Virus record (IMG/VR): IMGVR_UViG_3300020026_000011
Coordinates: 1-6,083 of that record
Reading direction: 5' to 3' (one strand)
DNA length: 6,083 nucleotides
DNA from: a virus
The notes under the pieces were generated by a model. The model had not been told where the DNA came from and ran no database searches. It worked only from the letters and a program-made list of their open reading frames with translations. This document shows, piece by piece, positions 1 to 5,475 of the stretch; positions within the stretch are counted from its first letter, which is position 1, and each line of letters starts with the position of its first letter. The position numbers were made by a program, and so were the translations under genes.

Positions 1-121
1 CTATGGGTATAAACAGTGCGCTGCTGAACCCAATAAGAATAAAGGGGAACTCCAGATCCACCTTCAGCCTCCGGCATATTGTAAGCCTGGAGCTGACCTA
101 ACACCTCGTCGTAAGAAGAAC
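1..121. repeat. Left copy of the 121-nt terminal direct repeat (circular-genome overlap)
   Basis: It is identical base for base to 5963-6083. Confidence 0.95.
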
Positions 122-1622
122 GAAACTCGTTAAAACAAGGTTCGGTAGCAAACGAGGCCCCAGGATTACCGTTAAAAGCAAGGCGAAAAGCAGGAACATC
201 TTGATATCCAATATCGTTATAAATAGGATTGAAGTAGTCGGAACCCGTGTAGCTGAGATAATCCGGCTTAATGAAAGACCAGTAATAAACAGGGCGAATG
301 CTCAACATGTCGATCATATAACCAGGCTCACGAAAATAGTAAGACTGGCGACGACCTAAACGATCGTTGAAAGCAATAGAACCACCTTGCTGTCCAAGGG
401 GTTGATTACCAGAGAAATTGTTATCCCCGGCTTGATTCATAATAATCTGCACATTAACAGTCTGCGAGGCGCTGAAGAGAAGTTTTGGACGATCAACATG
501 CTCAATTTTGGAAGCAAAAAACGTTTCCAACCAATCGCTATAACGACTGCCTCCAGCGCCAAGCAAATCCTTATACTCCTGGAGACGAGAAGCGATAGCC
601 AACTGAGGAATAGTAGTCACGCCCGCCATGGATACGGCAGAATTAGAGCCAGTAGGAATAAGACGACTAAAACGATCAGGGTTCGAAGGGCATACAGCCA
701 TAGGATGCGCGGTAACGAAATAGGAAATAGCAGAATTGCCCGCAGAGGAAGCGGTAGGTAAAGTCTGGGCGATAATACCGGTTGAACCCCAAAGCGAGGT
801 AGACGGGTAGGTCGTAGAGACGGGGTAGCCATCACCAGAAGCTGCACTATTATCCAGATCAGAACGAATTATCTGCGTGAACAAATTACTACGATTGAAA
901 GTATTATTCGTAGAAGTTAAAGCTGACGGATAAAACTGACTCTCAAAGTAAGCATCAAGAAACTCAAGATTGCCAAAACACTGCGTAAAAAAGCGAGAAT
1001 CTCCAGAATTGTCGGGATCGAGAGTATAAGAAGAACCGGAATAACGAAGTTTATTAGCCATGGGCCAAGCGAAAGAATAAAGTCCCCACTGCGAATAACC
1101 ATAATAGTTACGAACGATGTCCCAATAAGCTAAATACGAATCCGCGTTACTCCAGCGATCTATGGAAGAACCAGCAGGAAGAGATACGGAAGAAGGAACG
1201 GAGGATACACCGGTGGTGTACTTATTGGCAATACGCAACCAAGACATCAACGAATTGGTATAAGCTGCACCAAAAAAGTCGGCATTCAGACCACCCGCTT
1301 GAGCCTGACAGGAAGGAATCCAATTAAGACTCAAGTCATTCATATCGAATTTACTACTATTCGTCCTCAGCTCAGGGTGATACAGCTGCAGGGGCACCCA
1401 GAAGCGATGAAGCCGAACAGTATAGGGGTTAAACGTCGGAACAGCAAGGGGGTTGCTGCGAACATCAATACCCTGCTCGATAGATACACGGTCACGAGCA
1501 TTAATAAAATCGATTCGCACAGGATACAAAATACCCGGCGTACACGTAAAGGCCTTACTCTCAGGAACATCATAGCGAGAGTAACCATTTACAGCATGTG
1601 AAATGAAAGGTTGTTTTCCCAT
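1..1622 (-). CDS. VP1: Microviridae major capsid protein (VP1 / F-like), N-terminal 540 codons. The gene crosses the circular junction and ends at 5785. Full CDS = complement(join(5785..5962,1..1622)), 599 aa.
   Basis: It is absent from the ORF track because it runs off the left edge. I read every minus-strand codon in the frame of ATG 1622-1620 down to position 3 and found no stop (no tta/cta/tca in that frame on the plus strand). The translation starts MGKQPFISHAVNGYSRYDVPESKAFTCTPGILYPVRIDFINARDRVSIEQGIDVRSNPLAVPTFNPYTVRLHRFWVPLQLYHPEL. This is the N-terminal layout typical of Microviridae F/VP1 capsid proteins: G-x-L-x-P, then R..P, then F/W-VP. The frame matches track ORF 5785..6066 after subtracting the 5962-nt period (6066-5962=104, same phase as 1622). 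The ATG lies 3 nt after the Rep stop. Confidence 0.9.
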   Translation of the reverse strand, partial: MGKQPFISHAVNGYSRYDVPESKAFTCTPGILYPVRIDFINARDRVSIEQGIDVRSNPLAVPTFNPYTVRLHRFWVPLQLYHPELRTNSSKFDMNDLSLNWIPSCQAQAGGLNADFFGAAYTNSLMSWLRIANKYTTGVSSVPSSVSLPAGSSIDRWSNADSYLAYWDIVRNYYGYSQWGLYSFAWPMANKLRYSGSSYTLDPDNSGDSRFFTQCFGNLEFLDAYFESQFYPSALTSTNNTFNRSNLFTQIIRSDLDNSAASGDGYPVSTTYPSTSLWGSTGIIAQTLPTASSAGNSAISYFVTAHPMAVCPSNPDRFSRLIPTGSNSAVSMAGVTTIPQLAIASRLQEYKDLLGAGGSRYSDWLETFFASKIEHVDRPKLLFSASQTVNVQIIMNQAGDNNFSGNQPLGQQGGSIAFNDRLGRRQSYYFREPGYMIDMLSIRPVYYWSFIKPDYLSYTGSDYFNPIYNDIGYQDVPAFRLAFNGNPGASFATEPCFNEFRSSYDEVLGQLQAYNMPEAEGGSGVPLYSYWVQQRTVYTH

Positions 1623-1625
1623 AAA

Positions 1626-2696
1626 TTAAATAATTAGTTGAAGTTTATAATGGTCCCTCCAAAACCGAAGAACGTCCAAATCGAGCCAAGTAGGGGGGTC
1701 AAGGTCAGGCATCTTCCGGGAAGACGCGGAAAAGCGCATTATTTGCTTTTGCTCCCAAACATATGACGCTCTACGGGATACGGCGGAATTGAGATTGAAC
1801 CGCTCAACACACAAAGACACAATACGCTTAACCAAAGGAGACTTGCTAAAATGTGCATAAGCGTCAGCAGCGGCAATCGAACGTACAACCTCGTCCTCCG
1901 GTTTAAGATATCTAAGGTAATATCGAGGAATCGCGTAATTGTAATCGATAGCCTTCTTGCAATCATAATAAGACCACGACGAAACGCGAGCAGAAGGACG
2001 AGGCATATAGCCAAGAAAATCACCAACGCCAGCAGATACGAATTTTCTCGTATAACGGCGATGCTGGAGGAGGCAAGATAAAGGTGTAAGGTTTCCATCT
2101 ACGGTAACATATTTATCCGAAATTTCTTCGGGGTTAAATTGAATTTGCTTAGTGACATACTTCACGCAATAACGGGCGCGTCTATGGGTAGCCTTCGCGA
2201 GCCACACAAAACCAAGGTCCCGAACAGCAGAACGAATAGTGTTATAGAGAACGTTTGCGCCAAACAAAAAGCCATGAAAATGTAATCGAGGCTCATTTCC
2301 CATTTCGGGATGAGTACCGAACTCCTGGAAAAAGGCATGCTTGAACGAATGGCCGAGTTTATGCCGCAAGCGCTCGTTAAAACGGCGGATGAATCGAGAG
2401 GGGTCGAGCAAAGCTTCATTATAATACTTCGGAGCGATAGTTATCGTAATAAAAATAGCCTGCTGGTTATTAGCCTTGCAGTAGGCGAGCTCACGCTCCA
2501 GCCTGACAAACCAGTCATTACGCTGACGACGCAAGCAGTCTTCGCACTTTCCACAGGGAACCATTAGCCACTGGCGGGCAATATCCCAGGGACGAAGAGC
2601 TAAAGCCGACTTGGCGACGTCGGAGCCATTCCGGCAAGGATTTTTCTTGTCGAAATAGCGACGATTGCGTATCCATATGGGAGACGAACAAGGCAT
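1626..2696 (-). CDS. VP4: Replication initiation protein (VP4 / gpA-like HUH rolling-circle endonuclease), 356 aa from the first ATG
   Basis: The track ORF starts at a TTG (2717). The first ATG is 2696-2694 and gives MPCSSPIW..., the usual M-x-C-x-x-P start of microvirus Reps. Motifs present: PCGKCEDCLRRQRNDW; FITITI (RCR motif 1); HFHGFLF (HUH motif 2, about 2282-2274); YCVKYVTK with two Tyr in Y-x-x-x-Y spacing (motif 3, about 2171-2157), as in phiX174 protein A. Confidence 0.9.
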   Translation of the reverse strand: MPCSSPIWIRNRRYFDKKNPCRNGSDVAKSALALRPWDIARQWLMVPCGKCEDCLRRQRNDWFVRLERELAYCKANNQQAIFITITIAPKYYNEALLDPSRFIRRFNERLRHKLGHSFKHAFFQEFGTHPEMGNEPRLHFHGFLFGANVLYNTIRSAVRDLGFVWLAKATHRRARYCVKYVTKQIQFNPEEISDKYVTVDGNLTPLSCLLQHRRYTRKFVSAGVGDFLGYMPRPSARVSSWSYYDCKKAIDYNYAIPRYYLRYLKPEDEVVRSIAAADAYAHFSKSPLVKRIVSLCVERFNLNSAVSRRASYVWEQKQIMRFSASSRKMPDLDPPTWLDLDVLRFWRDHYKLQLII

Positions 2697-2896
2697 TAGA
2701 GTAAACTTCGAAGACAATCAAATTTAATACCAGGATGGTCAAGACGACAACGAACGAGATAATCATTCGCGGGAGCCTCGTCGGCAAACCAAGCAATAAT
2801 AACTCGTTTCCTGCCTCTGTATGCGCCAATAGAATAGCGATAATCAATACTATTAACAACAGGGGAAAACCTGGGTCGAAAATCGAAATAATCCAT
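2696..2896 (-). CDS. Hypothetical 66-aa protein, translationally coupled to Rep
   Basis: It has an ATG start (2896-2894). Its TAA stop (2698-2696) overlaps the Rep ATG as TAATG. It is the only ORF with an ATG start covering this 200-nt stretch in an otherwise tightly packed genome. It is mildly basic (9 R + 2 K against 8 D/E). I recognise no family. Confidence 0.5.
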   Translation of the reverse strand: MDYFDFRPRFSPVVNSIDYRYSIGAYRGRKRVIIAWFADEAPANDYLVRCRLDHPGIKFDCLRSLL

Positions 2897-2914
2897 AATT
2901 AAAAAGATAACTTT

Positions 2915-2944
2915 GCGCTTCGAAAGACGGTACTTTCGAACGCG
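2915..2944. other. Stem-loop in the large intergenic region
   Basis: ttcgaaag (2919-2926) pairs perfectly with ctttcgaa (2933-2940) around the loop acggta. Three more G:C pairs (2916-2918 with 2942-2944) follow after a 1-nt bulge (c2941). All pairs are Watson-Crick, so the stem forms on either DNA strand. Confidence 0.55.
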
Positions 2945-2963
2945 AAAACTACTACGTTTCGCC

Positions 2964-3005
2964 GGCCGACAGCCTTAACGGCTGGGGCGCTACGCGCCTT
3001 CGGCC
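2964..3005. other. Compact three-way junction (16 Watson-Crick bp in 42 nt) in the intergenic region
   Basis: The closing stem is ggccga (2964-2969) with tcggcc (3000-3005). Arm A is cagcc (2970-2974) with ggctg (2980-2984), loop ttaac. Arm B is ggcgc (2986-2990) with gcgcc (2994-2998), loop tac. Only single unpaired bases (2985, 2999) sit at the junction. Confidence 0.55.
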
Positions 3006-3032
3006 TCCGTGGCTTCACTCCGTTCGGGATAT

Positions 3033-3047
3033 ACCGGCAAAGCCGGT
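3033..3047. other. Short G+C-rich hairpin
   Basis: accggc (3033-3038) pairs with gccggt (3042-3047) around the loop aaa, giving 6 perfect bp. Confidence 0.5.
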
Positions 3048-3051
3048 GAAC

Positions 3052-3087
3052 AAAAAAGCCCTCAGGAGAAGAGATATCTCCCGGGGC
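3052..3087 (-). terminator. Rho-independent terminator at the end of the gene array
   Basis: On the coding strand the sequence is GCCCCGGGAGA-TATCTCT-TCTCCTGAGGGC followed by TTTTTTGTT. This gives 11 bp (GCCC/GGGC, C:G after a 1-nt bulge, one G.U, GGAGA/TCTCC) and a 7-nt loop. The T6 tract is plus a3052-a3057. It lies 46 nt downstream of the stop of the last gene (3133). Confidence 0.55.
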
Positions 3088-3132
3088 CTAACAAATCAAA
3101 GAACTTTTCCACCGAGCGGGCGGGTTACTACT

Positions 3133-3456
3133 TTAGTTCCCTTTCCCTTCTTCCTGCGACGTGCTTTCATCGGGAGTCAAATCAAAGTCAAACATAAGAA
3201 CAAGTGTATTATCGAAAAACTCGATATCGAAATTCGGATACGCACTCAAGGCGTCTACGAGACTGAATACAGAGCAATGCTCGATATAGGGGGAATCAGC
3301 AATACTGGAATGCTCGACGTAGGGAGAAACGGGAGTACGCTTGAGAGCGTCAATGGAGAGCGCTGAAAACTGTCCATTTTCAATGTAGCCTACCTGGACG
3401 AGGTCAATCTTAAAGGCAGGATTAATGCGACGAATAACAACATGAATTTGTGTCAT
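3133..3456 (-). CDS. Hypothetical acidic 107-aa protein with an internal 11-residue repeat
   Basis: It has an ATG start 2 nt after the stop of the upstream gene. It is the last gene before the terminator. It contains SPYVEHSSIAD/SPYIEHCSVFS and an F/D-rich acidic tail (NFDIEFFDNTLVLMFDFDLTPDESTSQEEGKGN). Confidence 0.6.
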   Translation of the reverse strand: MTQIHVVIRRINPAFKIDLVQVGYIENGQFSALSIDALKRTPVSPYVEHSSIADSPYIEHCSVFSLVDALSAYPNFDIEFFDNTLVLMFDFDLTPDESTSQEEGKGN

Positions 3457-3458
3457 AA

Positions 3459-3788
3459 TTAAAGAGGTTGAGTTAAAAGTGGAAAAAAATATTTACAAAA
3501 ATCCGACCAGCGCCGAGACGCGTCGCTCCAAAATTCATGACCTTCGGGGGTAAATTCGAAAAAAAATGCGCCAGTCATAAGAAAAGAATAATCGACAGCG
3601 GGGAATAACGCATAAGTGCGAACACGATGTCGAATACAGTCGCGAGGAGACATAGTAGTGCGTCTGGCCGCCGCGAGATTCTTCGCGAATCTACGATAAA
3701 GACGGTTGCGGACTAACCACTGGACGAAAAGGTAGTCTAAAGCGTCGACTCGTAAATCAAACTGATTAAAAGATTTTTGTGCTTTCAT
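3459..3788 (-). CDS. Hypothetical basic 109-aa protein
   Basis: It has an ATG start and a 2-nt gap to the next gene. By my count it has 13 R + 4 K against 10 D/E. There is a strongly basic central block, RNRLYRRFAKNLAAARRTTMSPRDCIRHRVR, and an aromatic C-terminal block, FFFEFTPEGHEFWSDASRRWSDF. Confidence 0.6.
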   Translation of the reverse strand: MKAQKSFNQFDLRVDALDYLFVQWLVRNRLYRRFAKNLAAARRTTMSPRDCIRHRVRTYALFPAVDYSFLMTGAFFFEFTPEGHEFWSDASRRWSDFCKYFFPLLTQPL

Positions 3789-3814
3789 AATAGTGTGGTT
3801 ATTGGTTTACAGTG

Positions 3815-3845
3815 CAAACGTACGACAAAAGGAATAGGCGACAAA
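3815..3845 (-). promoter_or_regulatory. Candidate Bacteroides-type (sigma ABfr) promoter: -33 TTTG and -7 TAnnTTTG
   Basis: On the coding strand, TTTG (plus 3845-3842) is followed by 19 nt and then TACGTTTG (plus 3822-3815). It sits in the 80-nt gap between VP2 and the 109-aa gene, with the -7 box ending 26 nt before the ATG at 3788. Among the CAAAnnTA matches I found by eye on the plus strand, this is the only one that is both intergenic and has a correctly spaced -33 TTTG. Confidence 0.35.
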
Positions 3846-3868
3846 GTTCAAAAGGTCGGAAAGAATGT

Positions 3869-5149
3869 TTAATTTCTCCCATGATAGGCGCGGCGGGCAT
3901 AGGTAGCACCTTCCCTATCGCCGTTAGGCCCGTAAAACTCTCTCATCTCTTCGTAACCCTCGGGTCCTGCAGGGCCTGCGGCCTTGCGACCAACATAGGA
4001 AGCACCGGCGATGCCTGCGGCAGTAGCAAAAGCCTTTGTAACGTCATAAAACAGAGCGTTCTTGTTCTCGCGGATGGTAAACCAGTTACCGGAAAGGCTC
4101 TGGCGACCTTTGCCAACATCAAGACCACGGAGGTAAGAATAATACTCACGACCTGTAATCTCTTCGAACTCCCCAGTAGGCTTACCTTTATCGTCAACCA
4201 GAGGAACCTTTACGGGGGTTTCCCAAGTGACTTCAAACATGCGTTGCATATCCTTCTGCTGAATGTCAAGAATATCAGCATGAGAACGGGACTCACGTGC
4301 GGAAGCTTTAGCAGCATCGGCGACAGCGCAAAGATAAGCAAGGTTAGCAGCAGCAGACTGTTCGAGAAGAGGAATCTCAGCATCATTTTCAGCGCGAATA
4401 CGTTTAGCGCGTTCAACCTGTTCAGCATAAGCAGCCTGAATGCGCTGGAAATCATACGTGGCAGCGAGATCTGCGTACTTGTTGTAAGCCTCCTGATTGA
4501 TAGCCAACTCGCCATAATAACGAGCGAGCGCAGACTGATTGCCAATGTTAGCTCGCTTTAGTTGCTTCTCAAGTTCGATAAGGGCCTGACCTTGTTCCCT
4601 GGTGGGCATCCTGTTACGAATGTCATCAGCTTGGGCATTATCGAGATTAGCGGCAGCCTTATTGCGTTCGATAGTCGAATTAACACCCATGGCCTCGAGC
4701 GCGACACCTGTAGCGGCAGAACCAACGCCAGGAGGCAGGGGACTGGAGAAGTCAAAAGAGCCGCCTGAAGGGCCGGAAGCACCAACGGAGCCAGGAGAAC
4801 CGCCGGGCATAGTAGCATTGACGCCGACGCCAGAAGAACCTAAGACGGCAGCAGGGGTAATGCCAGCCTTCAAGTAACGGTCGAAAACCTTCGTGGGGTC
4901 ATTGTAGGCATTCTCATAATCAAATCGTTTCTGCCAGTTAGCATAATTGATTTCACCTTGTTTTTGCAACTGCTCCAAAGCGTACTGCTGTTGAAGCTTC
5001 ATCTGCTTCTGCTGATATTTCCATTGTCTCCTGAGCGAGGGTTTAAATAGGCCAGAAGCGACCTGACCGCCGGCCGAAACAGCAGCAGCACCAAGGATAG
5101 CACCGGTGGAAACAGGTTCGACGTAGGACTTGAAATCAATAAGTCTCAT
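3869..5149 (-). CDS. VP2: DNA pilot / minor capsid protein (VP2 / H-like), 426 aa
   Basis: Several features fit a pilot protein. The N-terminus is Gly/Ala-rich and hydrophobic (STGAILGAAAVSAGGQVASGLF). The block INYANWQKRFDYENAYNDPTKVFDRYLKAGITPAAVLG resembles the conserved N..AY....R...AG(L/I)(N/T)P block of microvirus VP2 proteins. There is a low-complexity G/S/P linker and a long Ala/Gln/Glu-rich helical (coiled-coil-like) region. Size and position downstream of VP1 also fit. Confidence 0.75.
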   Translation of the reverse strand: MRLIDFKSYVEPVSTGAILGAAAVSAGGQVASGLFKPSLRRQWKYQQKQMKLQQQYALEQLQKQGEINYANWQKRFDYENAYNDPTKVFDRYLKAGITPAAVLGSSGVGVNATMPGGSPGSVGASGPSGGSFDFSSPLPPGVGSAATGVALEAMGVNSTIERNKAAANLDNAQADDIRNRMPTREQGQALIELEKQLKRANIGNQSALARYYGELAINQEAYNKYADLAATYDFQRIQAAYAEQVERAKRIRAENDAEIPLLEQSAAANLAYLCAVADAAKASARESRSHADILDIQQKDMQRMFEVTWETPVKVPLVDDKGKPTGEFEEITGREYYSYLRGLDVGKGRQSLSGNWFTIRENKNALFYDVTKAFATAAGIAGASYVGRKAAGPAGPEGYEEMREFYGPNGDREGATYARRAYHGRN

Positions 5150-5150
5150 A

Positions 5151-5342
5151 TTACGGAAGCGAAAAGTTGTTCGAACGAATGATATAATCTACACGGACAG
5201 TGTCGATATGAACACCATTGCGGTGAACTTTAGCCTGTGCGGAACACGAGGACAAGAAAAAGGCGGCCAAAGCGGCAACAATAGACGAGACGAGTGTCCA
5301 AAACGCTTTCGACTTATAAAAGGGTTGTTTGGTATCAGACAT
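5151..5342 (-). CDS. Small predicted lipoprotein (63-aa precursor, 31-aa mature peptide); alternative upstream start at 5453
   Basis: ATG 5342-5340 gives MSDTKQPFYKSK-AFWTLVSSIVAALAAFF-LSSC-SAQAKVHRNGVHIDTVRVDYIIRSNNFSLP. This reads as a Lys-rich n-region, a hydrophobic h-region of about 17 aa, and the lipobox L-S-S-C with Cys33. The stop at 5153-5151 is 1 nt from the VP2 ATG. This is the 3' end of track ORF 5151..5846. Confidence 0.6.
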   Translation of the reverse strand: MSDTKQPFYKSKAFWTLVSSIVAALAAFFLSSCSAQAKVHRNGVHIDTVRVDYIIRSNNFSLP

Positions 5343-5367
5343 AGGGATAAAATTTAAAGAACGATAG

Positions 5368-5445
5368 AAAAATGCGCGGCCTCTCCTGCAGTCGTTACCA
5401 ATAACCTTCAGCAATTCACGAACTCTTGCAAAAGGGGTCCGCGCA
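5368..5445 (-). terminator. Long imperfect hairpin followed by T5: candidate leaky terminator or attenuator between the capsid module and the lipoprotein/VP2 module
   Basis: On the coding strand the sequence is TGCGCGG-A-CCCCTTTTGCA ...36 nt... TGCAGGAGAGG-CCGCGCA followed by TTTTTC. The base is 7 perfect G+C-rich bp (plus 5373-5379 with 5439-5445). After a bulged A there are 11 more positions: 8 Watson-Crick pairs, 2 G.U and 1 mismatch. The T-tract is plus a5368-a5372. Confidence 0.4.
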
Positions 5446-5475
5446 CGTAACATATATCGTCGAGTAAAGGATATA

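Noticed and set aside
1-121. The terminal direct repeat read as LTRs, attachment sites or a biological terminal redundancy
   Set aside because: The repeat lies inside the capsid coding sequence, and joining the copies restores a single uninterrupted gene. This is what a circular molecule written with an overlap looks like, so it is not a mobile-element boundary.
617-1588. Hydrophobic +1-frame minus-strand ORFs over VP1 (617-847, 917-1102, 1367-1588). Similar ORFs lie at 2162-2419, 2518-2859, 3943-4197 and 4210-4545.
   Set aside because: They recur in the +1 or +2 frame of every long gene, and two start at TTG (2859, 4545). Their Leu/Ile/Phe richness is what off-frame reading of these genes would produce. 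Nothing separates them from background.
2697-2717. Rep start at 2717 as drawn in the ORF track
   Set aside because: The codon at 2717-2715 is TTG. The first ATG (2696) gives the conserved MPC..P N-terminus and overlaps the stop of the upstream ORF as TAATG. The 7-codon extension is therefore unlikely to be translated.
2719-2726. Further matches to the Bacteroides -7 box TAnnTTTG on the coding strand, at 2719-2726 (TAAATTTG, 22 nt before the Rep ATG), 1756-1763, 3189-3196 and 5565-5572
   Set aside because: All are inside coding sequence, and none has a proper TTTG -33 element 19-21 nt upstream. The best is GTTG at 2748-2751 for the 2719 site. An 8-mer with two free positions is expected to occur a few times by chance in 6 kb.
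2944-2951. Possible main promoter between the terminator and the 66-aa ORF (TAGTTTTC near-match to the -7 box)
   Set aside because: It has one mismatch at the conserved G and no TTTG at the -33 position. I found no convincing sigma-70-like -35/-10 pair either. A promoter is expected somewhere in 2897-3050, but I cannot place it from sequence alone.
3011-3030. gttcggg / ccgttcgg segment resembling a tRNA T-loop, which raised the possibility of a tRNA or tRNA-like gene in the intergenic region
   Set aside because: On either strand there is no 5-bp T-stem flanking a 7-nt loop, no acceptor stem and no anticodon arm in the right register. The local stem is only 3 bp (tcc/gga).
3071-3080. Perfect 10-bp palindrome gagatatctc as a separate protein-binding site
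   Set aside because: It lies entirely inside the terminator hairpin, and the longer 11-bp fold followed by T6 explains it better. A dimeric-protein operator cannot be excluded, but nothing else supports one.
3812-4561. 249-aa plus-strand ORF antisense to VP2. Smaller plus-strand ORFs also occur at 387-761, 1299-1601, 1851-2081, 2310-2567, 3009-3366, 4562-4877 and 5130-5357.
   Set aside because: All of them lie antisense to well-supported genes or inside the structured intergenic region. Microviridae transcribe only one strand. The products are low-complexity with no recognisable motifs. I treat them as shadow ORFs of the minus-strand genes.
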